Shown: positions 16,694 to 24,875 of the stretch, one piece after another
How the letters are laid out: each line of letters opens with the position of its first letter
Numbering within the stretch: position 1 is the stretch's first letter
Source: a virus
UHGV virus genome: UHGV-0332389
DNA: 25,037 nt
Direction: 5' to 3' (one strand)
Made by a program: the position numbers and the translations under genes
Notes under the pieces: model-generated
What the model saw: the letters and a program-made list of their open reading frames with translations, nothing else
What the model was told of the DNA's origin: nothing
Databases searched by the model: none

Positions 16694-17912
16694 TGGCGTT
16701 ATCCTTCTGCTTACCGGCTTTACTGCCATCGGAGGGTTTCGTGGTCATGTTCATCGGTGTGAGATAGACATCCCCACCGGGACGCGGATTCATATCTTCC
16801 AGGTCGCGGCAGTCATTGGGAGAGTAAATTCCCCAGTTAATCCCGGTGGCGTAGGCTTCAAAACGGGACTTCATATCCCCGCGCAGTAACGCCCCGGCGT
16901 TAAATTTGGCGTAATAAACGCCCTGCTTACTTTTTCGTACCAGTCCGGTGTTGATCCGCTGTTCGATGCGGGTCAGATACGGCACCAGTGAATAGTTGAT
17001 AAATCCCAGCCCCAGCTCTTCGATATTGTTGAAGGTGGCGCGATCGGTGTTCTGCACCATGTGCAAGGGCACACGGAACAGACGACAGATTTCTTCAAGC
17101 TGAAACTTGCGGGTTTCCAGGAACTGGCTGTCCTCGGCGTTCAGCGCCATCGACTTCCAGTCCAGCCCCATCTCAAGGATCATCGGGCGGTGAGCATTGC
17201 CAAGCCCGGTGTGACGCTCCTCAAAATCTTTCTTCAGGCGCTCATAAGCCTGATCCGACAGCGTCTGCTCTGTACGCAACACACCCGACGTCACCGCGCC
17301 ATTGCTGAACAGTCTGGCCCCGTGCTCTTCGGTCGCTGCCGCCAGCGATATTGCCTCGCGGGCATAGGCGACGGGATTCAGCCCCACCAGTCCGTCCAGC
17401 GTCAGCGTGCGCACATGCCAGATATCCTCCTGGCTCAGTACATCCGTGGAGCCATCCGGGAATGTGACCTGATAGACCGGCTCCCAGCTACTGTTAAGCT
17501 TCGGTACCACACAGCCGGGATCGACGGGCAGCAGTTCAGCCACTTCGCCAAATGCTTTCACTTTGTAGGCGTAAAAGTTTCCCCGCAGGCACAGACAGGT
17601 GACCACCAGCTCCCAGAACTCCTGCGGCGTCATATAGCCATTGGGATGCGTGGAGATCAGCTTATGCAGACGTTCGCCAGTGGCTCTCTGCTTCAGGCTG
17701 CCGTTCAGGTGATACAGGTTACAGGGCAACATCCCGACCGACTCCGCCAGCACCCTGACACAGGAAAAAACCGCCGTCAGTCGCATGGCCCGCTGGCTGC
17801 TGATCTGCTTTCCGGTATAGGTGTCGTAGGACAACCCGATAGCATCCGCCAGCTCTGCTGGCGTGGTCACCGGTGCGTCACTTTTTCGTTGAAATAATCC
17901 CGAAAAGAACAC
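16671..17912 (-). CDS. Portal protein, HK97 family
   Basis: 413 aa ORF between terminase and protease; the start codon is GTG with GGAGGT 5 nt upstream. Confidence 0.9.
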   Translation of the reverse strand: MFFSGLFQRKSDAPVTTPAELADAIGLSYDTYTGKQISSQRAMRLTAVFSCVRVLAESVGMLPCNLYHLNGSLKQRATGERLHKLISTHPNGYMTPQEFWELVVTCLCLRGNFYAYKVKAFGEVAELLPVDPGCVVPKLNSSWEPVYQVTFPDGSTDVLSQEDIWHVRTLTLDGLVGLNPVAYAREAISLAAATEEHGARLFSNGAVTSGVLRTEQTLSDQAYERLKKDFEERHTGLGNAHRPMILEMGLDWKSMALNAEDSQFLETRKFQLEEICRLFRVPLHMVQNTDRATFNNIEELGLGFINYSLVPYLTRIEQRINTGLVRKSKQGVYYAKFNAGALLRGDMKSRFEAYATGINWGIYSPNDCRDLEDMNPRPGGDVYLTPMNMTTKPSDGSKAGKQKDNANADETTS

Positions 17913-18094
17913 TATTTACCTCCGCCGACAGACGACTGTGTACGGTCGAGATATCGCGCCACCAGCCACGACCAGAACAGACACAACGCCCCGGCAACAA
18001 CAAACCCCGCCGGGGGATAAATCAGCCAGGCACCATACGCCAACAAAAGCGCCCCCAGCACGCCCACCAGAGGCGCGAGAATCAGCATGATCAT
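17912..18094 (-). CDS. Small two-TM membrane protein of unknown function between large terminase and portal
   Basis: 60 aa, [49 protein letters not shown]...; GAGGT Shine-Dalgarno 5 nt upstream; fills the gap exactly and overlaps the portal start. Confidence 0.45.
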
Positions 18095-18105
18095 AATTAC
18101 CTCAG

Positions 18106-19839
18106 TTAAAGCGAGCGGATCCCATAGGACTCAATGTGGTCAGACAACGTGTCTTCTTTCTCGTACAGCATGGCTCTGCCAACCGCCATAATCAGCGCAA
18201 CTGCACCATCGATTTTGTTTTCCGCCTGCTCCTTGACGGGCTTCACTAAATCATCGTTACCTGGCATGTTTTTGCCGACCACATTGCCGATACACCAGGT
18301 CATGATGGGATTGCCGTCATGATGAAAGCGTCCCGATTCAATCGCTGCTTCCAGCTCTTTCATCGGATCGGACATATTGGCGAAGTTCTGGACGATAGTG
18401 ACGGGATTCAGATCTTCATCAGCAAGGTCATGTGACAGCCCGGTCGCCCCGAAGGGGTCGATGGGTGACTCACTGACCGGGCTGATTTTGTTCGCCGCTT
18501 TGGCCTCCTCGAGGATGTAGCGATAATCCACCTCTGCACCATCGGTAACGGTCAGGACGCCCATTTCCACCCATTTCTGAAAGCGTTCGGCTGTCCGTCT
18601 ATCTTCATTTTTCTCGACGCTGTACACCGTGTCATACGGTACCCAGAAGCGCGGGGCCACACTGTAGTAATGCGTTTTACCGTCAATCTCGCGGGTATAA
18701 AGTCGCGCCATGCTGTTCATATCCAGCTTACGCGCCAGGTCAAAGGCCAGAATGCACGGCTGCCCCTCGAACTGCTCAAGGGTCAGTGATTTATCCTCGC
18801 AGCTCTGCCAGCTCACCAGGTTGAAATACGCCGAACGCGCCGACACCCAGATATTGAGGTGTTTTGTTTTAAAGACGTTTGCCAGACGGGCGTTATTTTT
18901 CGCACGCTGCTGCTGACTTAACAAAAATTCGCGATAAACCGACACGCCAATATTTGGATTGGCTTTTTCCAGCACCTGCGGGTCGGTCCAGTCGTCACCT
19001 TCATCAACGGTATAGATGATCCCGAACAGTTCATCGTTGGGTACCGAACCGTTGAGCATCTCGATAACTTCCCGCCGCTTGTCGTAGCACGGCCCCTCAA
19101 TGTTGTACCCGGCGGTGGTGATGGCCCACATCAGTGGCTGACGTCGCGCCCCCATCCCGGTAAGCATCGTGGTATAAAGCGCATCGGTGGCGTGCTCGTG
19201 ATATTCATCCACCACCGCACAGTGGGGTGATGAACCATCACCAGGGTTACCGATCAGCGGTTCAAAACGCGCACCATCCTCCGGACGGTTCATGTTTGAG
19301 GCGTTAACCTCAATCCCGAACGCTTCCGTCAGCATGGGTGTGCGTTTACACATCAGTCGTGCCGGACGAAAGACTTCCCATGCCTGTTTCTCCGTCGTGG
19401 CACCGGAATACACTTCCGCGCCGAACTCGTTATCACAGGCAAAACAATACAGGGCGACACCGGCAGAGATTGCCGATTTGCCGTTCTTACGGGGGATTTC
19501 GGTATACACCTCCCGGAAGCGGCGCAGCCGGGAGCCTTTATTGACCCAGCCAAACGCACAGCAGATCACAAAGAGCTGCCACGGCTCCAGCGTGATGGGC
19601 ATCCTCTTGAATGCCCACTCACCCTTGGTGTGCGGCAACAGCTGAATAAATTTGGCGGCCCGTTCAGCCAGGTCCTTGTCGAAGCGGTAACGAAACGACT
19701 TACTTTTTTCCGCCATCAGGTCATCAAGATGGCGCTGGCAGGCCTGAATCACAAACTGGCAGGCCACAATCTTTCCGCGAACGACATCCCGGGCATACTG
19801 ATTGGCAGCATTTACGTTGGGGTAAGATTTCCGGCTCAT
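18106..19839 (-). CDS. Terminase large subunit
   Basis: 577 aa ORF; ATG overlaps the TGA stop of the small subunit gene (ATGA). Confidence 0.9.
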
Positions 19840-20330
19840 GATTCGATGATTTTCAGAAACGGGTTAGTAGCTTTCTTCTGCCCCGCCAGGCCAATCAGAC
19901 GCTGGCGGCTGCTGGGGTCGAGTCCGAGCATTGCCCCCGTGCTGCTCATCTCGGACTCCTGTTCTTTTTTGGCGGTCAGCTCAGGATTTTTGACCATACC
20001 GCCCATTGCACCGGTGATGGTGTTGCCCTGTCTGGCAATATTTTTCACGGCACGTCGCCAGAACTCATAGGCCACACACCACCGCTCAAGCACCGCGAGG
20101 TCAGTCACGCACAGCAGGCCCTGACCGCAAAGTTCTTTAGTTGTCAGTTGCCACATGATCGTGGCGAGAGGGAGATCTTCTTCAGCGAACCACTCCGGTG
20201 GCTCAACACCTTTGATGGGCGTAAAAACAGGTTCATCTTTATTCAGGGCTCGCTTGCCGGGGTTTCCGGCCAGCGCCTTGCGCGCCGTTGGCTTGGGGCG
20301 ACGCCCGGAACGCCCCGCCGTTCCAGCCAT
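19836..20330 (-). CDS. Terminase small subunit (P27-family-like)
   Basis: Basic N-terminus [34 protein letters not shown]. Start placed at the first ATG (GGAG about 9 nt upstream); the tracked ORF begins 3 codons earlier at a GTG. Confidence 0.75.
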   Translation of the reverse strand: MAGTAGRSGRRPKPTARKALAGNPGKRALNKDEPVFTPIKGVEPPEWFAEEDLPLATIMWQLTTKELCGQGLLCVTDLAVLERWCVAYEFWRRAVKNIARQGNTITGAMGGMVKNPELTAKKEQESEMSSTGAMLGLDPSSRQRLIGLAGQKKATNPFLKIIES

Positions 20331-20456
20331 ATGCGGCACTCCTGGTTAAATTTCATTTTTCGCGGGTATAAAAAAACGATGGGGCGGGCAGTCCGGAAGG
20401 CGCGCGGTCGCAGAGATTTGACCTCCCCCTCCCCAGTCTGATGATGACATTAATTA

Positions 20457-20813
20457 TCACTTGAGCCGCTCACGCGCGGTCTTCGCTGCGTGACACGACC
20501 AGCACAGGCTTTCAAGGTTGCTGTCTTCATCAGTACCGCCGTGGGCCTTCGCCTTGATGTGGTCCACGCAGGACGCCTGCTTCACTATCGCCTGCCGTAG
20601 ATGGTTCTGACACAGCCCTTTGTCGCGCTTAAGTATCCGCTCCCGGATGACTTCCCACTTTGTTCCGTATCCTCGCTGCTGCCGTGATTGACCAGGCTTG
20701 TAGGACTTCCAGCCTTCACCTTTGTGATTTTCACAGTAGCCAGATGGGTCTGTTGTGGTGTTGTGACAGCCGCGAACACGGCAAGCCTTTGGTGTGCGCG
20801 GTGGCATATTCAC
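20457..20813 (-). CDS. HNH endonuclease (terminase-associated)
   Basis: 118 aa with CxxC...H...CxxC/H spacing (CRVRGCHN...CENH...CQNHL...CVDHIKAKAHGG...CWSCH); GGGAG Shine-Dalgarno upstream. Confidence 0.85.
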   Translation of the reverse strand: MNMPPRTPKACRVRGCHNTTTDPSGYCENHKGEGWKSYKPGQSRQQRGYGTKWEVIRERILKRDKGLCQNHLRQAIVKQASCVDHIKAKAHGGTDEDSNLESLCWSCHAAKTARERLK

Positions 20814-20870
20814 TCCCTAAAAAACGTATAGCATTATCGCAGACACTTAATGAATGCCTGCTGAATGCCA

Positions 20871-21068
20871 CTAATCGTCGAGTTGCAATACACCGTGCTC
20901 AAGTGACTCTGAGTAAGCGATCAGCCCTGTGTATTCAGGGATAATCTCGCCATCATCCGCTTCGAATTCCGGGATTGTACCAGTGGTGATGGTGTATTGG
21001 GGCTGACCATCTTCTTTCGCGAATGCTGCTAGGTCTTCAATCTGCTTAGCTGTAAGAACTACTGCCAT
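20871..21068 (-). CDS. Small strongly acidic hypothetical protein (65 aa)
   Basis: MAVVLTAKQIEDLAAFAKEDGQPQYTITTGTIPEFEADDGEIIPEYTGLIAYSESLEHGVLQLDD; start taken at the second ATG, with GAGGT 7 nt upstream. Confidence 0.4.
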   Translation of the reverse strand: MAVVLTAKQIEDLAAFAKEDGQPQYTITTGTIPEFEADDGEIIPEYTGLIAYSESLEHGVLQLDD

Positions 21069-21085
21069 GCTCATACCTCAGTTGT

Positions 21086-21109
21086 TAAAAAGCCCCGCTA
21101 TTGCGAGGC
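21086..21109 (-). terminator. Rho-independent terminator downstream of the 91 aa membrane protein gene
   Basis: Minus-strand GCCTCGC-AATA-GCGGGGC followed by TTTTTAAC. Confidence 0.5.
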
Positions 21110-21132
21110 TATGATTGACTAAAGTGATGCTG

Positions 21133-21408
21133 TCAGGTGTGGGTCCAAATGAATTTAACAATCCCAATAATGCTAGCCAGAACGCCAAAACCAAAAATAA
21201 ATTGACCACATACCCCTATGATTCCCGATGCAATGGCACCGGCATTTGTCTGAGCATTTTCGTTTATGCTCGCCCCCACTAGATACATAATCAAACCAAC
21301 TATGAGAGATGCGATAATCCAATGTTCCACTGCTAATACAATTACAATGCTCAAAATATCTGCTAAACCATCACTATGACCACTCACTGCATATCCTTGC
21401 TTTGACAT
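21133..21408 (-). CDS. Small two-TM Gly-rich membrane protein of unknown function (accessory, AT-rich)
   Basis: 91 aa with two hydrophobic helices and GxxxG-like motifs (AIASGIIGVCGQFIFGFGVLASIIG); located after Rz; weak ribosome-binding site. Confidence 0.45.
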   Translation of the reverse strand: MSKQGYAVSGHSDGLADILSIVIVLAVEHWIIASLIVGLIMYLVGASINENAQTNAGAIASGIIGVCGQFIFGFGVLASIIGIVKFIWTHT

Positions 21409-21474
21409 TTGAAAAATTCATCACTGGATTATAATTGTTTACACCCTTCATAGTCGTTCGAATATGATAAAAAA

Positions 21475-22011
21475 TCAATTGTGGGGGATAGCGTTATTTG
21501 ACTCTCTCAACGAGTCGTAAATACGTTCACACGTCATCCCGGCGGTGTAGCGTTCGTCAGCGATTCCAGCATAACGTTTAGCTTCTGCTGCAATATCTCC
21601 GAGCATGTCGGCGAACATTCCGGCGTCAGCGTCGGTTGTTTTGCTTCGGACGGCAGCGGCAAGATCAGCGGTGTGCTTTGCGGCGTCCAGGCGTGCGGCA
21701 AGCTTTGTTGCTTCGGTACGCAACTGGCTAACAGTGGCAGACAGGCCAGCAGCAGTGGCAGCAGATTTAGCGGCTTGTGCTTGTGCATCTTTTACAGCCT
21801 CATCACGGGCAATTATGCGCCCTTGTTCAATCCAGCGTGCGGCAGTCTGCGCGTTCGCTTCCTGTGAAGATTCCATGCTATTGTGGTCAGCCCACTTCTT
21901 TTGCCAGCCCCGCTCACTCCAGATGTTCCCGGCAAGAAATGCACCAGCCAACATCAGCAAAACAATGATTGTTTTCCACCGCGCCTGAACAGAAGCAAAG
22001 ACCGCTGTCAT
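21475..22011 (-). CDS. Rz-like i-spanin
   Basis: 178 aa, N-terminal TM helix ([20 protein letters not shown]) then Ala/Gln-rich coiled-coil periplasmic domain; start overlaps the endolysin stop. Confidence 0.75.
   Translation of the reverse strand: MTAVFASVQARWKTIIVLLMLAGAFLAGNIWSERGWQKKWADHNSMESSQEANAQTAARWIEQGRIIARDEAVKDAQAQAAKSAATAAGLSATVSQLRTEATKLAARLDAAKHTADLAAAVRSKTTDADAGMFADMLGDIAAEAKRYAGIADERYTAGMTCERIYDSLRESNNAIPHN
21534..21788 (-). CDS. Rz1-like o-spanin (lipoprotein), fully embedded in Rz in another frame
   Basis: 84 aa, [23 protein letters not shown]... with lipobox LASC followed by a Pro-rich mature region. Confidence 0.65.
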   Translation of the reverse strand: MHKHKPLNLLPLLLACLPLLASCVPKQQSLPHAWTPQSTPLILPLPSEAKQPTLTPECSPTCSEILQQKLNVMLESLTNATPPG

Positions 22012-22625
22012 ACCAGCAACGCCGCCCGCGCTTTGTTATAACGACTATTTCTGTCAGCCAGTCCATTCTGGCCACCGTTGATGATCTGCGTTACACGGAC
22101 AACATCACCTGAATACATCAGACAACCACGTAATGTGAAATACCATGCAGCAGAACGGGCTGCATGTTTCTCCTGTGTCAGCAACTCTGGTGTGCTGATC
22201 AGATCCAACTTCAGCGCCGCACCGCATTTGGCGTAGTTCTCGCGGCCGGTGATTTGAAGCAGGCCACGACCGCGATATTTCCAGCCGTCACCCTGGCTGT
22301 TATTCCCCATGCGGTCACCATAAACCAGATTGGCTATTTGCGGCTGGTGGGCTACCTGCTTACCATCGACACGCCCCAGCATTTCACACTGATAAGGCGT
22401 CAGGCGTTTACTAAAGGTTTTCTTCAGCCCGTCTACCGAGTAGTTGAAGCTTTCCACCAGCGAGGTAAAACCAGCAGATTCATGCCCAACTTGTGCAATG
22501 AACATGGCCTGATCGTTAACTGCTGTGATTCCAAACTCTTTCATTGCAGCATCAATGTGCGGAAACCAGCGCGCAGCCAGCCCGGCGCTAATACCAGCCG
22601 CCTTTTGAAATAATTGTTGGTTCAT
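22008..22625 (-). CDS. Endolysin, glycoside hydrolase family 19 (chitinase-like lysozyme)
   Basis: 205 aa; motifs ...[13 protein letters not shown]...[15 protein letters not shown]... resemble GH19 phage endolysins. Confidence 0.85.
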   Translation of the reverse strand: MNQQLFQKAAGISAGLAARWFPHIDAAMKEFGITAVNDQAMFIAQVGHESAGFTSLVESFNYSVDGLKKTFSKRLTPYQCEMLGRVDGKQVAHQPQIANLVYGDRMGNNSQGDGWKYRGRGLLQITGRENYAKCGAALKLDLISTPELLTQEKHAARSAAWYFTLRGCLMYSGDVVRVTQIINGGQNGLADRNSRYNKARAALLV

Positions 22626-22906
22626 TAGTGCCTCAGATGATCAACCAGACGTGCAACGTTGCCTCTGACGGCCACCAGCACGGAAAGAAAAATAGTATTC
22701 GCCACGATAATGAGCCATGAGGAGTGAGGATAAATCCCACAGAGATAGGCCAACGGAACAGCACTGTATGTAACAGTAATCAGCCAGGCTAAACGTGAAA
22801 CCCAAGGACGATGCCGCGAATCACCACGACGATAAAACATCAGAGTAATAACAACACAAGCACATAACAGCGCATTAATAGTTGCTGTCGGGTCATTTAG
22901 CTCCAC
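22625..22906 (-). CDS. Holin/antiholin-like membrane protein
   Basis: 93 aa with three hydrophobic segments, directly upstream of the endolysin gene. Confidence 0.55.
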   Translation of the reverse strand: MELNDPTATINALLCACVVITLMFYRRGDSRHRPWVSRLAWLITVTYSAVPLAYLCGIYPHSSWLIIVANTIFLSVLVAVRGNVARLVDHLRH

Positions 22907-23279
22907 CTGAACCTCCCCGGCGCGTTATGAGCGCCACCAGCGAGACGATATCCTGATTATTCAGGAACGTCAGGATTTTAACGGCTAAAGCAGAGACGAT
23001 TACGGCACCAATAGCATCCAGAGGTTTATCACTGTATCCGGTCAAGTTTGCCAGCTTGGAGCCAACCAACCCAGAGCAAAGGATCCCAGCAATATATGAC
23101 ACGATAAAATATGCCAGTCGACGCGATGCACTCAGATCTGCTGCTGTTGCTATATAGAATACAGCCCCTGCAAATGCGCCAAATACAACGCCGTAATCAG
23201 TTCCGGTCAGCAGTCCATAAATACTAGCGCCCGTTAGGGCTCCACCAGCTAACCCTGTGCCGGAAATCGGATCGGACAT
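22893..23279 (-). CDS. Putative holin
   Basis: 128 aa from MSDPISGTGLAGGALTGASIYGLL... with hydrophobic helices and a charged C-terminus; AGAGGTGG Shine-Dalgarno upstream. The tracked ORF starts 22 codons earlier with no ribosome-binding site. Confidence 0.6.
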   Translation of the reverse strand: MSDPISGTGLAGGALTGASIYGLLTGTDYGVVFGAFAGAVFYIATAADLSASRRLAYFIVSYIAGILCSGLVGSKLANLTGYSDKPLDAIGAVIVSALAVKILTFLNNQDIVSLVALITRRGGSGGAK

Positions 23280-23387
23280 TAGCCACCTCTTATTGCAGTG
23301 AGTCCTCTCAGAAATAGAAATGAGAGGAATAAAAAAGGCCACCATTTGGCAGCCATAGAATTGATGTAATTATAACTAATTCATTAA

Positions 23388-24194
23388 CTATTTCTTAATG
23401 ATGCTATTTAACATTTCTAATGCAAAAAGCAACATGGAGCTAATAAAATATAATATAACCGCACTGGCAATCGCTCCAATTATAGCCTGGACACTCCAGT
23501 GAAAGTAATTTTTACCATTAATAACAAACTTAACACTAGGAAACAAAAAGTCGATAAGCTTAATTATTAATGGAATAGCAAAGCTCCATAAGTTCGAAAA
23601 CAAAATAAAGATACAAATAAATGATAAAGCAAATGCACCATCGATTGATAGTTTTGGCGCCAGTTTTGAGGCTGTCCATAAGCTAAGCAAAAAGCCAACT
23701 GTCACACCTGAAATCTGGATACTTAACATAGTCCAAGCTGTTCTAAAAAATCTAAATTTATTTTTGCACTTGTTAAGTAAATCCTGAATCGTAATCCATA
23801 ACGAGTCAACCCACTCATTATCTTCCGATGCTACAATCATTGTGCTGCTATTTGAATTCCTCTCATCAATTCGTAGCTCCATCCAAGATCCATTCATCCT
23901 GTTAGACTGTCGACTTTGATAAGTTTCAATAGTAAAAATTATTTGATCAATCCTAGTGGCCTGTCTAAAGTATTTCACAAGCTCACCGATAGAATCAACT
24001 TTATATCCCTTACCATCGAACAAAATAAAAAAAACACATTGAGCACAAACTTCCCTACTTTCCTTTTGAGCTTGCTCATTCATTTTAACGCAGCGTTCGA
24101 CAATTGCCGTGCTTAAGCTAATCAAGCTATCTTCATTTATAGAAACACCTGAAATATTCTTGCTTCTGTAAAAATATGACACTTTCGATTCCAC
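23388..24194 (-). CDS. Accessory membrane protein of unknown function: N-terminal soluble domain of about 160 aa plus three C-terminal TM helices (candidate exclusion or abortive-infection effector)
   Basis: 268 aa ORF in a strongly AT-rich block; C-terminal hydrophobic segments WTMLSIQISGVTVGFLLSLW, FALSFICIFILFSNLWSFAIPLIIKLIDFLF, AIIGAIASAVILYFISSMLLFAL. The first in-frame start is GTG with no clear Shine-Dalgarno, so the start is uncertain. Confidence 0.5.
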   Translation of the reverse strand: MESKVSYFYRSKNISGVSINEDSLISLSTAIVERCVKMNEQAQKESREVCAQCVFFILFDGKGYKVDSIGELVKYFRQATRIDQIIFTIETYQSRQSNRMNGSWMELRIDERNSNSSTMIVASEDNEWVDSLWITIQDLLNKCKNKFRFFRTAWTMLSIQISGVTVGFLLSLWTASKLAPKLSIDGAFALSFICIFILFSNLWSFAIPLIIKLIDFLFPSVKFVINGKNYFHWSVQAIIGAIASAVILYFISSMLLFALEMLNSIIKK

Positions 24195-24359
24195 TCCGCA
24201 CCAGTCTCGATTTAGCGCAGGTTAACATAACCACTTCATTGGTAGAAGAAAAGAACTCTTCTTGTCAGAAAGCTACTGTGATATCCCTAAACCTGCAGAT
24301 GATACAGAACAAAATTTAAGCATCAATTGTAGGCGATTTTAAATTCACTTTACAGTTTA

Positions 24360-24377
24360 GGCTGCCAATTGGCAGCC
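24360..24377. promoter_or_regulatory. Perfect 18 bp palindrome between the two accessory genes (candidate operator)
   Basis: GGCTGCCAATTGGCAGCC, 15 bp downstream of the 89 aa gene stop; no U-tract on either strand. Confidence 0.4.
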
Positions 24378-24391
24378 GATTGAAGCAGAAA

Positions 24392-24661
24392 TCAATGAGT
24401 GCTCATCGATGAATTTTTTTCAGCGCCAATCTCACTCAAAAAAGCAAAACCTTTTGACGTTATCTCATTAGCAATCAATCCACCTTCGGCAGATTTGCTT
24501 CGTATAACATCGATAAAACCTATATCAGCAAGATCTGAAATAGCAAAATTAACCTCTTTTGCTGAGAGATGAGGTAATGATGCAGCCTGAATTCTAGAAT
24601 CCTTTGGCTGCAATTCATTCACTCGACGTAGTATTTCAAGATGGATAGAGGTCAGTTTCAT
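24392..24661 (-). CDS. Small helical protein, possible winged-helix DNA-binding regulator (first gene of accessory cassette)
   Basis: 89 aa ORF with AGGAG Shine-Dalgarno 7 nt upstream and an extended -10 promoter upstream; AT-rich. Confidence 0.6.
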   Translation of the reverse strand: MKLTSIHLEILRRVNELQPKDSRIQAASLPHLSAKEVNFAISDLADIGFIDVIRSKSAEGGLIANEITSKGFAFLSEIGAEKNSSMSTH

Positions 24662-24698
24662 AATGTTCTCCTGTTTTTAATGTTGTTTTACAGAAAAC

Positions 24699-24735
24699 AT
24701 TATAACACATTGATTTTGATGTAGATTGAATAGAA
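24699..24735 (-). promoter_or_regulatory. Sigma70-like promoter with extended -10 (TGTTATAAT) driving the accessory cassette
   Basis: Minus-strand TATAAT at 24699-24704 preceded by TGT; weak -35 region; located about 35 nt upstream of the 89 aa gene start. Confidence 0.4.
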
Positions 24736-24743
24736 AAAAACCA

Positions 24744-24766
24744 TAAAAAAACCTCGCAATAGCGAG
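24744..24766 (-). terminator. Rho-independent terminator (possible tR'-like late terminator) upstream of the accessory cassette
   Basis: Minus-strand CCTCGC-TATT-GCGAGG followed by TTTTTTT; about 110 nt downstream of the stop of the partial upstream gene. Confidence 0.55.
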
Positions 24767-24875
24767 GTCGTAAAAATCGTTCAACGATAGATACACAAGC
24801 CCCATCGTTGAGAAAATCTTATCCATATTTTTTGAGAAACACAAGCATTATGTCGTTATCTTCGGCGAAAATCGC

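Noticed and set aside
16694-16729. Upstream start of the prohead protease at 16729 (MAVKPVSRRITP...)
   Set aside because: No Shine-Dalgarno upstream, whereas the internal ATG at 16693 has AAGGA at ideal spacing.
23296-23320. Inverted repeat CCTCTCA...TGAGAGG just upstream of the holin gene
   Set aside because: On the transcribed (minus) strand the T-run precedes rather than follows the stem, so it is not a canonical terminator. It could be a regulatory site, but there is no further support.
23280-23345. N-terminal extension of the holin ORF (MVAFFIPLISISERTHCNKRWL...)
   Set aside because: No ribosome-binding site, whereas the internal ATG at 23279 is preceded by AGAGGTGG.
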